This document shows positions 1 to 9,932 of a stretch of 64,000 nt of DNA, piece by piece (within the stretch, counting starts at the first letter, position 1; every line of letters starts with the position of its first letter). Source of the DNA: Terriglobia bacterium (GTDB lineage Bacteria; Acidobacteriota; Terriglobia; 20CM-2-55-15); assembly GCA_965198225.1 (NCBI GenBank), contig CBDAOY010000008.1, positions 672,001-736,000 of the forward strand, read 5' to 3'. The notes below the pieces were generated by a model. The model saw only the letters and a list, made by a program, of their open reading frames with translations, was not told where the DNA came from and did not search any database. The position numbers and the translations under genes are program-made.

Positions 1-147
1 GGACAGACCCGGGAATGCCGGGGATTCCGGCGTTTCAGTTTCCGCGGTCTCGAGAACGTGCGTGCGGAATGGCAACTGGTCTGTTGGACCCGCAACATCC
101 TGAAGTTGTTTCGTTACGGAGGAGGATTCAAGCCACTGGCGGCTTGA
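1..147 (+). CDS. IS1182-family transposase, C-terminal end (5' partial)
   Basis: Frame 1 (not in the ORF track) reads GQTRECRGFRRFSFRGLENVRAEWQLVCWTRNILKLFR...*, matching the IS1182 C-terminal pattern FGxxKxxRGFRRFxLRGLxKVxxEWxL..HN. Confidence 0.8.
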   Translation, partial: GQTRECRGFRRFSFRGLENVRAEWQLVCWTRNILKLFRYGGGFKPLAA

Positions 148-329
148 ATCGAAGCAGGGAGATCCTGGCCAACACAGAATCCGCGGATGAAAAATACGTA
201 TCGCGTTCAATGGGGGGCTGCCGCAATCTCATCTCATGGATCTGTCTGAGCAAACGCTTCCCAACGTGGCCTTCATCCTGAAATCGCGATGGGGCTTTCA
301 GCTTCAGATTTCTTATTGCCGACGGGCTC
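1..329 (+). mobile_element. IS1182-family element, right part
   Basis: Transposase tail, then terminus TTATTGCCGACGGGCTC abutting CTAG (330-333), the probable target site, which overlaps the vapC stop. Confidence 0.65.
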
Positions 330-731
330 CTAGCTCACGAGCGCCCGCAACGACACCGCCACGTCTGCGGCACCGTGCAGGACCGCGTTGTCCAGAGTAG
401 CCAAAGGAACGCCCAGGACCCGAGCGAGCGCGACGAACTCGGCATCGTAGGCAGTTAGGCCGCACTCCAACGCGACATCGATCACCTGGTGTCCAGACAC
501 GCTGGCGATGCGATCTCCTAGAACGACAGCAGCATCATCGCTCATCGCTTTGGCCTGATCCGAGGTTAGCGCGCCCCGCCGCACGAAGCCGACCAGGACG
601 TTGTGCAATTCACTCATGAGGATGCTGGGGGCCGCCCACTCGGTCTCCCGCTCAAACAACAGGGCCGCGTCGGTGCCCGCTGCTCCGCCCACTACCAGAC
701 GAACTATCACATTCGTGTCAACTACGATCAC
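330..731 (-). CDS. vapC: PIN-domain toxin, VapC family
   Basis: MIVVDTNV N-terminus and LTAYDAEFVALA...LATLD PIN motifs; 133 aa; overlaps the antitoxin stop. Confidence 0.9.
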   Translation of the reverse strand: MIVVDTNVIVRLVVGGAAGTDAALLFERETEWAAPSILMSELHNVLVGFVRRGALTSDQAKAMSDDAAVVLGDRIASVSGHQVIDVALECGLTAYDAEFVALARVLGVPLATLDNAVLHGAADVAVSLRALVS

Positions 732-970
732 AGTCGTCCCGTGTTCCGCATCTCTCGTAGCGTGTCCTCACTGAGGTCGATTGGTCCAAGTGTTTCGTTT
801 CGCTGCCGGATACGATCCAGGAGGGTCTGCGGGTCTACTGGCTCGGGGCTAACCGACTCCGTTAACCTCGCGAGGATCTCCCCGTTTAGGCTACGGTGGT
901 TCCGGCTCGCGGCTGACTTCAGCTCCCGATGCAGGGGGTCGGGGATTCCACGAAGCGCTATGTCTGGCAA
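728..970 (-). CDS. FitA/Arc-like ribbon-helix-helix antitoxin
   Basis: IALRGIPDPLHRELKSAASRNHRSLNGEIL; TTG start at 970 behind AAGGAGG; directly upstream of the PIN toxin. Confidence 0.85.
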   Translation of the reverse strand: MPDIALRGIPDPLHRELKSAASRNHRSLNGEILARLTESVSPEPVDPQTLLDRIRQRNETLGPIDLSEDTLREMRNTGRL

Positions 971-1002
971 ATTGGCCTCCTTCTGCAAAGTATAATACCA
1001 TA

Positions 1003-1012
1003 ATGATATCAT
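1003..1012. promoter_or_regulatory. Putative TA autoregulatory operator
   Basis: Perfect palindrome ATGATATCAT in the AT-rich region upstream of the antitoxin. Confidence 0.45.
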
Positions 1013-1073
1013 AAGAGTGTCAGGCGGTACCCTGGTTCGGCGACCCGGGAGGAGCTGCCGACGAATCGCCTGC

Positions 1074-1095
1074 TGTGCCAAAAATGTGTCAGAAA
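1074..1095. repeat. 11-bp direct repeat resembling tyrosine-integrase arm sites
   Basis: TGTGCCAAAAA / TGTGTCAGAAA about 115 bp inside the tRNA breakpoint. Confidence 0.4.
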
Positions 1096-1209
1096 TGCAA
1101 GTCAAACAGCCAAAAAGGGTTCTGTGCTGAGCGAAAGCAGAGTCCCTGAATGGGTGTAACGCTATGGAAAATAAGGGAGAGAATAAAAGGAGAAGAGGAG
1201 AGGTAGCCA

Positions 1210-1248
1210 CTTAAAAGGCAGATGCTCTACCAACTGAGCTAACGGCCC
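1210..1248 (-). pseudogene. tRNA-Lys(UUU) 5' half only (probable att junction)
   Basis: GGGCCGTTAGCTCAGTTGGTAGAGCATCTGCCTTTTAAG gives the acceptor 5' strand, D arm and anticodon loop TTT; the sequence then diverges (TGGCTACC), with no T arm or 3' acceptor; -10 TAGAAT at 1260-1265. Confidence 0.85.
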
Positions 1249-1310
1249 GTCAATTTAGGATTCTATATCGGAACACAGGATCGGTCGAGGGACGGCCTCG
1301 GTTCCTTGAC

Positions 1311-1337
1311 GTGTGCGGTCATAGACCGCACACACAC
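1311..1337. repeat. REP-like palindrome, family A (degenerate foot)
   Basis: GTGCGGTC-ATA-GACCGCAC; related copies at 10824, 53585, 53636, 60753, 60801, 60963. Confidence 0.7.
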
Positions 1338-1356
1338 CCGTTGGGGCGGTCGCGCT

Positions 1357-2646
<1,290 letters not shown>

Positions 2647-2693
2647 GATTCGTCCAATGGCTGGAACGCGGGAGGCGGCTTAGTGATCGAGCG

Positions 2694-3041
2694 TCAGTCG
2701 CCTTCGAAGTGGTAGCCGCAGGGTTCTTCGAGTTCCTTCAGGTCCTTGGGGACCAGGGGAAAGATCTGGCACTGTGCAAAATGCTTGCCGTAGATCGAGC
2801 AGCTGTATTGGCCGTCGACTTCGTCGAGGAACGGGCACCGGAGGAGGATCTTGCAGCAAGCCCCGCATCGGGTGCACTCGCCGCGACGCATCGCCAGGAG
2901 CCGTTCGTTCTCCATGGTGTAGACGCTGGCACGGAAAAAACGCCGGACCTTACCCTGCAGTTGCAAAGCGCGGAAGCGGAGCTTCTCGAAAGGATCTGTC
3001 GGTGGCCGGCGCACCGGCGCATTGAGGACTGGCAGTTCCAC
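2694..3041 (-). CDS. Cys-rich CxxCxxCC (YkgJ-like) putative Zn/Fe-S protein
   Basis: CTRCGACC...CPFL...CSIY...CQIFP...C pattern. Confidence 0.7.
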   Translation of the reverse strand: MELPVLNAPVRRPPTDPFEKLRFRALQLQGKVRRFFRASVYTMENERLLAMRRGECTRCGACCKILLRCPFLDEVDGQYSCSIYGKHFAQCQIFPLVPKDLKELEEPCGYHFEGD

Positions 3042-3064
3042 TTACAACTCGCTCGACAGTGTTG

Positions 3065-3394
3065 CTAGGAAATATGTTTCGAGATTGCGCCGACGATGGT
3101 GGCCTTGGGAACGGCGCCGACCATCTGCTCCTTGACTTGTCCGTCTTTGAAGAGCAGCAACGTTGGGATCCCTCGAATGCTGAAACGGGCCGACAGCGCA
3201 TTGTTTGCGTCGACGTCCAGCTTTCCGACTTTCAGTTTGCCCTGGTATTCGCCTGCGATCTCATCGACTGTGGGGGCCAGCGCCTTGCAAGGTCCGCACC
3301 AGGCGGCCCAGAAATCTATGAGTACGGGAACGTCGGATTTCTCGACTTCGGCCTCAAAATTGGTGTCCGTGATCTCGACTGTATTCGTCCCCAT
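3065..3394 (-). CDS. trxA: Thioredoxin
   Basis: FWAAWCGPC active site, IRGIPTL; 109 aa. Confidence 0.97.
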   Translation of the reverse strand: MGTNTVEITDTNFEAEVEKSDVPVLIDFWAAWCGPCKALAPTVDEIAGEYQGKLKVGKLDVDANNALSARFSIRGIPTLLLFKDGQVKEQMVGAVPKATIVGAISKHIS

Positions 3395-3588
3395 CAATCC
3401 CCCTCGGTGATTCTATGCATGAAATGTGTAACTTAGCCGAACCCCGGCGGAAAAGTCAAACCAGAGTAACGCTGGCGATCATACCGGGGCCGGAGGGCGG
3501 ATCGGGTCCGGGCCCTGCACGGCCTGAAATTCCTGCTTTTTTTGACTAGGTTCGGGTCCGATGGGCGGCGGGATCGGGAAAGGGCGAC

Positions 3589-3810
3589 TCAGGCGGAGAT
3601 ATCGATTCGGAGGCCGTGTTCGTCGGTCTCGACCTGCCCGTCCGGCGTGTAGGTCAACTCGGGCGGCGGCGCCTGAGCGTCGGCCTTCTTCTTCTTCGGG
3701 CGCTGGGCTGTCTGCCGCTTCCGCCGCCCGGAATTCGAAGTGGGCTGTATTCTCTGTAAGTTACCGATGCCAGAGTCGCCAGCCGTCGGGATTGTGGTTC
3801 CAGTTTCCAT
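3589..3810 (-). CDS. Small hypothetical protein
   Basis: 73-aa ORF with RBS-like sequence upstream; ends TYTPDG...IDISA. Confidence 0.5.
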   Translation of the reverse strand: METGTTIPTAGDSGIGNLQRIQPTSNSGRRKRQTAQRPKKKKADAQAPPPELTYTPDGQVETDEHGLRIDISA

Positions 3811-3922
3811 GTCAACCTTCTCCGCTACCTACTGTATCGGCCCTCCCGGATTAGAACTTTAGGGTATATTCGGGAACGCCCAAGCGCTTGCGCCGTCAAC
3901 CTGGGGACCAATCCCCCTTTTA

Positions 3923-5215
3923 TTGAAGGAAGCAGTGTCTTTCGAGAAGTTCCGCAACCTGCGCACCGAGCCGATCGTCATCAGCGGCATCGGATGCCTG
4001 ACCCCGCTGGGAAACGGCCGGGAAGCGCTGTGGGAAGGATTTCGTCAGAGCCGGAGCGGCGTCGACCGTATCCAGGCCTTCGACCCGTCTCCTTTTCCGG
4101 TTCAGATCGCCGGCGAAATCCGCGGGATCGACCCTTTCGACAACCTTCCGCGGAAAGAGCGCCAGCATGTGTCCCGGACCGCAGCCCTGGCCATCGGTGC
4201 AGCCCGCCTGGCCCTCGACGACGCGAAGCTGAATCCATCCGCTGCGAAAATCGAACAGCGACGCGGGATCGGAGTACTGTTGGGCAGCGGCGGCGGGGGG
4301 TTGGAGTTCACCGAACGACAGTACGCCCACTACTACAGCAAGCAGGTGCGGAAGGCCTCGGTCTATTCGATACCGACGTCGACGATCGGGACTCTCAGCA
4401 GCGAGGTGTCGATGGCGTTCAAGCTGCATGGTCCCAGCCATATCGTATCGACCGGGTGTACCAGCTCCACCGACGCTATCTTCTATGCCTGTCAGTCGGT
4501 CCTGACACGGCAGACCGACATCATGGTCACCGGCGGCGTCGACGCGCCCATCGCTCCCGGCATCCTGTCGGGGTTCTGCATGATGCGGATCCTGACCGAG
4601 TCCTGGAACCAGTGCCCCCAGTCCGGATCGCGGCCTTTCTCCAGCGACCGCGACGGCTTTGTTCTGGGTGAGGGCGCGTGGGTTTACATCGTCGAAACCG
4701 AAACGTCGGCCCGGGAGCGCGGCGCGCCGGTTTACGCAGAGGTGGCCGGGTATGGTTCGACGTGCGACGCGTACCATCGAGTCCGTCCCGACGAGTCGGG
4801 TGTGGAACCGGCCCGTGCCATGTCGCTCGCGATGGCGGATGCCGGCATCGACCCCGACGAGGTCGACTACGTCAACCTGCACGGAACTTCAACGGTCCTG
4901 AACGACCGTATCGAGACACGCGCGCTCAAGCAGAGTCTCGGCCCCGCGGCGTACCGCACTTCCATGAGCGCTTCGAAATCGATGTTCGGCCACCCGCAGG
5001 GCGCGAGCGGTGCCGCCGGCATCAGCGCGGCATTGTTTGCGATGCGTGAGGCGACGATTCCGCCCACGCTCAATCTGGAGCGCGCCGACGAGGAGTGCGA
5101 CCTGGACTACACACCATTGACCCCGCGGAAACAGGCTGTTCGCTACGCCCTTGCCAACTGCATCGGCTTCGGGTCGAAAAATTCGGCTCTCGTCCTCCGG
5201 AACCTCGATGCCTGA
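3923..5215 (+). CDS. Beta-ketoacyl-ACP synthase (FabF / type II PKS KS-alpha-like)
   Basis: Catalytic VSTGCTSS, HGTST, KSMFGH, GFGSKN; SRPFSSDRDGFVLGEG. Confidence 0.92.
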   Translation: MKEAVSFEKFRNLRTEPIVISGIGCLTPLGNGREALWEGFRQSRSGVDRIQAFDPSPFPVQIAGEIRGIDPFDNLPRKERQHVSRTAALAIGAARLALDDAKLNPSAAKIEQRRGIGVLLGSGGGGLEFTERQYAHYYSKQVRKASVYSIPTSTIGTLSSEVSMAFKLHGPSHIVSTGCTSSTDAIFYACQSVLTRQTDIMVTGGVDAPIAPGILSGFCMMRILTESWNQCPQSGSRPFSSDRDGFVLGEGAWVYIVETETSARERGAPVYAEVAGYGSTCDAYHRVRPDESGVEPARAMSLAMADAGIDPDEVDYVNLHGTSTVLNDRIETRALKQSLGPAAYRTSMSASKSMFGHPQGASGAAGISAALFAMREATIPPTLNLERADEECDLDYTPLTPRKQAVRYALANCIGFGSKNSALVLRNLDA

Positions 5216-5855
5216 CCTGTCCCGAAGAGTCCACGACGAGGAACTGATGGACGACTTGGCGCGACCGGAGTCCGAGTTCATCGAGGCGTATCGGGAACTC
5301 GCCATCATCAATCGGTATCTTGGCGGCATCAGGGCGATAGAACGCTTCTCGCCGGCGATCGACGGTGGATTCCTTCTCGATGTTGCCGCCGGGGCGTGCG
5401 ACATCGGCGATGCGCTCACCCGGCAGAGCCGCTGGCGAGTGGTCGGACTGGACTTGAACGCCGGTGGTCTCCGGATGGCAAGACACAGCTTGGCGGTGGT
5501 CGGCGACGCTTTCGAGCTTCCGTTCTCCGACGACGCATTCGACGTCGTCACCGCTTCGTTGTTCTTCCACCATCTCTCCGATGACGACTGTGTTCGCGTC
5601 CTCGGGAGTATGTACCGGGTAGCGCGTCGGATGATTATCGTCAACGATCTGCATCGACATCAGCTGGCGTATCTGTCGATCGTCGTCCTGACGCGACTGT
5701 TCAGTCGGAGCGTGATGGTTCGGAACGACGGGCCTCTGTCGGTTCGGCGGGCATTCCGTATGGACGAACTGGCTCGCATCGCCCGGCGCGCCGGCATCGA
5801 TGCCCGCGTGTACCGCAGCTTTCCGTACCGTCTGGTTCTGGTGGCCGAGAAATGA
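5208..5855 (+). CDS. SAM-dependent methyltransferase (PKS-cluster type)
   Basis: ELMDD...INRYLGG, LLDVAAGACD, SLFFHH, NDLHR, DGPLSVRRAF; ATG overlaps the KS end. Confidence 0.85.
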   Translation: MPDLSRRVHDEELMDDLARPESEFIEAYRELAIINRYLGGIRAIERFSPAIDGGFLLDVAAGACDIGDALTRQSRWRVVGLDLNAGGLRMARHSLAVVGDAFELPFSDDAFDVVTASLFFHHLSDDDCVRVLGSMYRVARRMIIVNDLHRHQLAYLSIVVLTRLFSRSVMVRNDGPLSVRRAFRMDELARIARRAGIDARVYRSFPYRLVLVAEK

Positions 5856-6853
5856 GAAGACACGACGTCGTCATCATCGGGGGCAGCCTCGCCGGGGCCT
5901 CCTGCGCGATGGCGCTCCGAGGGAAGGGAATCGACGTCGGCGTCTTCGACAGGGATCGCTTCCCAAGGCAGAAAGTGTGCGGAGAGTTCCTTTCGCCCGG
6001 GGCAGTTCGATGTCTCGACCGGCTCGGTGTGCTCGAAGAAGTTCTGGAGGCTGGAGCCGTTCGTGTCGATCGCGGCCGCATGTTGGCCGGCGGTCGCACG
6101 ATTGAGATTCCGTTCCCGGCGCCGGCACTGGGGTTCTCGCGGGAACGGCTCGACACTCTCCTGGCCGGGAGGGTGGGTGTCGAGGTGGGGTGCTCGGTCG
6201 AATCGGTGCGGCCGGACAGAGGAGGCTTTGTGGCGAACGTTTCGGAGGGGCCCGGCGGCCGCTTTGAGGTTTTTTCCAAGGTCGTCGTGGATGCGGCAGG
6301 GAAGTTGAGCCGGTTTACGAGCCGGCTCCCGACGTCGCGGTTCGGTGTGCAGTACCACGAAGCCGGAGACAACGGTTCGGTTCTCGATTTCGAGTTCTTC
6401 GATGGGGGCTACGGCGGATCGGTTTCGGTCGAGGGCGGCCGTAGGAACTTCTGTTTCCTCGTCGAGGGCGGCCAGCTCGACCGCTTTCGTCGGAAGCGAG
6501 GATGCGTCGTGACCGGCCGCGTGGCCTACCGGCGTGTCGACGGGGAATACCTGGCCATCGGAGACGCGGCCGGTATGATCGATCCCTTCTGCGGGGAGGG
6601 CATGCGTCACGCGTTCGAATCGGGGCTGCTTGCGGCCCGCGTCATCGGTGAGGGCCTTCACGAAGGCTGTGGCTACGACGAAATGCGGCGGCGATACGGC
6701 GCACTGTTGGGCGCCTCCTGGTCGCGCAAACGGACACTGGCCTCGACCATCCGATCGATCCTCGCCTCTCCCCGTCTGTTGAAGGGCGCCTTCGCGTTCG
6801 GCGTGCGCTCGCCGATACTGCCCTCCATCCTCCTCAGACAACTGTGGAAGTGA
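5852..6853 (+). CDS. FAD-dependent oxidoreductase (geranylgeranyl-reductase-like)
   Basis: DVVIIGGSLAG, RQKVCGEFLSP, IGDAAGMIDPFCGEGM. Confidence 0.88.
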   Translation: MRRHDVVIIGGSLAGASCAMALRGKGIDVGVFDRDRFPRQKVCGEFLSPGAVRCLDRLGVLEEVLEAGAVRVDRGRMLAGGRTIEIPFPAPALGFSRERLDTLLAGRVGVEVGCSVESVRPDRGGFVANVSEGPGGRFEVFSKVVVDAAGKLSRFTSRLPTSRFGVQYHEAGDNGSVLDFEFFDGGYGGSVSVEGGRRNFCFLVEGGQLDRFRRKRGCVVTGRVAYRRVDGEYLAIGDAAGMIDPFCGEGMRHAFESGLLAARVIGEGLHEGCGYDEMRRRYGALLGASWSRKRTLASTIRSILASPRLLKGAFAFGVRSPILPSILLRQLWK

Positions 6854-6884
6854 GAGTTCGCATTTTCGACACCATGGAAGCGAA

Positions 6885-6958
6885 AGTTCGGGGACGGAGA
6901 CCGAACTGCAGATTTCCGGAGTTCGGTCTCCGTCCCCGAATTCACCGTCCCCGAATTC
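6885..6958. repeat. REP-like inverted doublet, family B
   Basis: AGTTCGGGGACGGAGACCGAACT...AGTTCGGTCTCCGTCCCCGAATT; second copy at 57234-57318. Confidence 0.7.
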
Positions 6959-6959
6959 A

Positions 6960-8099
6960 GTGACTACGACGCTCTACATTCTCGCCGCGCTTACTATCTT
7001 ACAAGGCCTGATATCCCTGAGGGATGGCATACGAAACATGAAGTATGCACTGAATTTTGTGGGGCCCGATCCACCGGTCGGATCGGTTCTGGTATTTTGC
7101 CCCGCAACAGGGGCCGAGCCGACCCTGAAAGCGAACGCCCGCTCGCTGCTGGCCCAGACGCATCCGAATTACCGGGTCTTGTTCATCGTCGAATCGGAGG
7201 AAGATCCGGCCTGGGCGGCCCTTTCCGCTATCGAAGGGGCGGAGCTGTTTGTCGCAGGAATGGCCGAGGATTCCGGCCAGAAGGTGCACAATCTGTCCGA
7301 AGCCGTACGGTCGGCGGGTTCGTCGGCCGACATACTGGTTTTCAGCGATTCCGACGCCCGGTTTCCCGAGAACTGGCTTCTGCAGCTCGTCGCGCCGCTT
7401 TCCGACAGCTCGGTCGGCGCCAGCACGGGTTACCGGTGGTATCTGGCTCCGAATCGCGGGCTGAGGGAGCTGCTCCGCTCCGCGTGGAACGCGTCGGTCG
7501 CCGGTTTCCTCGGGCCTCACCGGAACAACTTCGTCTGGGGCGGCTCGACGGCCATTCGCCGGGAGTTCTTCGATCGGGCCGGTGTCCTGGCTGCCTGGAA
7601 AGGTGCCTTGAGCGACGACTATGTGCTCACCCGGGCCATTCGCCGGGCGGGGCTCGGAGTCGTCTTTGTACCGACCTGTCTCGTGCCCTCCGAGGAGCGT
7701 TCCGGCTGGCGGGACCTGTTCGAGTTCACTACCCGTCAGATCAAGATCACCCGAGTCTACGCGGGCCGGATCTGGGCGATCGGCCTGGTCTCATACACGC
7801 TGTTCAACCTGACGTTTCTCTGGCTCGCCTGGACGATGTTCGTCGATCCCGTTGCGCTGGCGCTCTGGCTGTTCGTCTATGCTCTGGCGGTGATTCGCTC
7901 CGGCGTCCGCCTGAGGGCGGCGCGTGTGGCCGGCAGGGAGTTCGGGCGCCCTTCCTGGTTTTACTTGCTCTCGCCGCCCCTGGTTTCTCTTCTCTACCAG
8001 GTCAACTTCGTCGCCTCGGCTCTCAGCCGTCGGATCAAGTGGAAAGGCGTGTCTTACCGGATGATCTCGCCGTCGGAAACACGCCTTGATCGGGCGTGA
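6960..8099 (+). CDS. Membrane glycosyltransferase, GT2/GT21 (ceramide-glucosyltransferase-like)
   Basis: GQKVHNL, FSDSD, WGGSTAIRR, SDD, FTTRQ; N- and C-terminal hydrophobic helices. Confidence 0.85.
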   Translation: MTTTLYILAALTILQGLISLRDGIRNMKYALNFVGPDPPVGSVLVFCPATGAEPTLKANARSLLAQTHPNYRVLFIVESEEDPAWAALSAIEGAELFVAGMAEDSGQKVHNLSEAVRSAGSSADILVFSDSDARFPENWLLQLVAPLSDSSVGASTGYRWYLAPNRGLRELLRSAWNASVAGFLGPHRNNFVWGGSTAIRREFFDRAGVLAAWKGALSDDYVLTRAIRRAGLGVVFVPTCLVPSEERSGWRDLFEFTTRQIKITRVYAGRIWAIGLVSYTLFNLTFLWLAWTMFVDPVALALWLFVYALAVIRSGVRLRAARVAGREFGRPSWFYLLSPPLVSLLYQVNFVASALSRRIKWKGVSYRMISPSETRLDRA

Positions 8100-8133
8100 T
8101 TCGATTTCCCTCAATTTTGATACGATTATAGTT

Positions 8134-8976
8134 ATGACTGATCGATCAAGGCCCGTGCGAGCACCGGATCTGGCGGCGATGAAACGCCGGGGCGAGAAGA
8201 TCACGATGCTGACCGCCTACGACGCGACGATGGCGCGGCTTCTGGATCGGGCCGGCATCGATGTCCTGCTCGTTGGCGATTCTCTCGGCATGGTCGTCAT
8301 GGGCCACGACACAACCGTTCCGGTGACACTGGACATGATGGTCCACCACACCACGGCGGTCGTCCGCGGCACGCACCGCGCGCTGGTTGTCGCGGACCTG
8401 CCGTTCCTGACCTACCAGGTCGACGAGGCCGAGACCCTGCGCAACGCCGGCCGGTTGATCCAGGAGGGCGGGGCATCGGCGGTCAAGATCGAAGGAGGAC
8501 ACCCCGTCGTAGAGCCCGCCAGACGTCTCCGGGACGCGGGAATCCCGGTCATGGGGCACCTGGGCCTGACTCCGCAGTCGGTCCACCAGTTCGGCGGTTT
8601 TCGCCCGCAGGCCCGGACACGTGAAGCCGGCGAACGCTTGATCGAAGACGCGATCGCGCTGGAAGCCGCCGGGGCGTTTGCGATCGTCCTGGAATCGATT
8701 CCTCCGGAGATCGCCGAGAAGGTGACGGTTGCGGTGGCCATTCCGACGATCGGGATCGGCGCAGGCCCGGACTGCGACGGACAGGTTTTGGTCAGCTACG
8801 ACATGCTGGGGTTGTTCGACGCCTTCGTCCCGTCTTTCGTCAAACAGTACGCCCGGCTCGCCGACACCGTCGTCGAGGCTGCGACGGCGTACGCCAGCGA
8901 TGTCCGCTCGGGCAGCTTTCCCGAGGCCCGCCACACACTCGCCCGCGCTCCCGCATCCCGCGACCACGAAACATGA
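8134..8976 (+). CDS. panB: 3-methyl-2-oxobutanoate hydroxymethyltransferase
   Basis: MLTAYD, LLVGDSLGM, AVKIEGG, GHLGLTPQS, IGIGAG. Confidence 0.98.
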   Translation: MTDRSRPVRAPDLAAMKRRGEKITMLTAYDATMARLLDRAGIDVLLVGDSLGMVVMGHDTTVPVTLDMMVHHTTAVVRGTHRALVVADLPFLTYQVDEAETLRNAGRLIQEGGASAVKIEGGHPVVEPARRLRDAGIPVMGHLGLTPQSVHQFGGFRPQARTREAGERLIEDAIALEAAGAFAIVLESIPPEIAEKVTVAVAIPTIGIGAGPDCDGQVLVSYDMLGLFDAFVPSFVKQYARLADTVVEAATAYASDVRSGSFPEARHTLARAPASRDHET

Positions 8977-9854
8977 AACTCGAGGCGATCCAGAGCGTCG
9001 ACCAGCTTCGCGGGCAACTCGATGAGCTTCGACGGGATGGAAAGTCCATCGGTCTGGTTCCGACGATGGGCGCCCTGCATGCCGGCCACGGCCGCCTGAT
9101 CGATCGGGCGCGCGGCGACTGCGACGTCGTCGCCGTCAGTGTTTTTGTGAACCCCCTGCAGTTTGGTCCCACCGAAGACATCGATCGGTACCCGAGAGAT
9201 CTGGCCGAGGATTTGCTGTTCTGCGAGGTGCGGGGTGTCGATCTGGTGTTCGCGCCTTCCGAAGAAGAGATCTATCCCGATCCCCAGCGCATGTTCGTCC
9301 AGGTCGGCCCGGAAGGCGATCTGATGTGCGGCGTGGCGCGGCCTGACCACTTCCGCGGCGTAGCGACGGTCGTGCTCAAGCTGCTCAACATCCTCGGGCC
9401 CGATCGGGCTTACTTCGGTGAGAAGGACTTTCAGCAGCTCGTGATCCTCCGGCGCATGGCGAAGGCTTTCAACCTGCGGACCGACATCGTCCCCGTCGAG
9501 ACCGAGCGCGAGGCGGACGGTCTGGCCACCAGTTCCCGTAACGCCTACCTGGACCCGGAAGAACGGCAGGCCGCCGGCGTTGTTTACCGCGCGCTGCGGG
9601 TGGCGCGCCAGCGCATCGCAGACGGCAACGGAGATCCTTCCGCCGCAAGAGAAGCTGCCCTGACGGTTCTCGGCCTGGAACCGGCCGCTCGGGTCGAGTA
9701 CCTGGAGATTGTCGATCCGGTCAACCTGCAACCGGTGAAATCGATTTCCGGCTGCGTCCGCGCCATGGGAGCTGTTTGGATCGGAAAGACGCGTTTGATT
9801 GACAACATTCTTTGCGAACCACCGAAAAGGATGCGAGCTCGGAAGGCAAGGTAG
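8973..9854 (+). CDS. panC: Pantoate--beta-alanine ligase
   Basis: VPTMGALHAGH, FVNPLQF, FGEKDFQQ, SSRN, RLIDN. Confidence 0.98.
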   Translation: MKLEAIQSVDQLRGQLDELRRDGKSIGLVPTMGALHAGHGRLIDRARGDCDVVAVSVFVNPLQFGPTEDIDRYPRDLAEDLLFCEVRGVDLVFAPSEEEIYPDPQRMFVQVGPEGDLMCGVARPDHFRGVATVVLKLLNILGPDRAYFGEKDFQQLVILRRMAKAFNLRTDIVPVETEREADGLATSSRNAYLDPEERQAAGVVYRALRVARQRIADGNGDPSAAREAALTVLGLEPAARVEYLEIVDPVNLQPVKSISGCVRAMGAVWIGKTRLIDNILCEPPKRMRARKAR

Positions 9855-9932
9855 CGGGCCCGGTGGGCTGCCTTTCCGCTCACATTTCGTCAACTGAAGC
9901 TGTGTTACGATAGGCGGCTTCGTGGGGAACCA

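Noticed and set aside
15-281. 88-aa ORF in the track
   Set aside because: Shadow frame; frame 1 encodes the IS1182 transposase tail
971-1210. N-terminal extension of the antitoxin to 160 aa
   Set aside because: Runs through promoter and att DNA; the RBS supports TTG at 970
1000-1210. Intact group I or II intron in tRNA-Lys
   Set aside because: No GTGYG start, no domain V or group I core seen, no RT/maturase, and no 3' exon in the window
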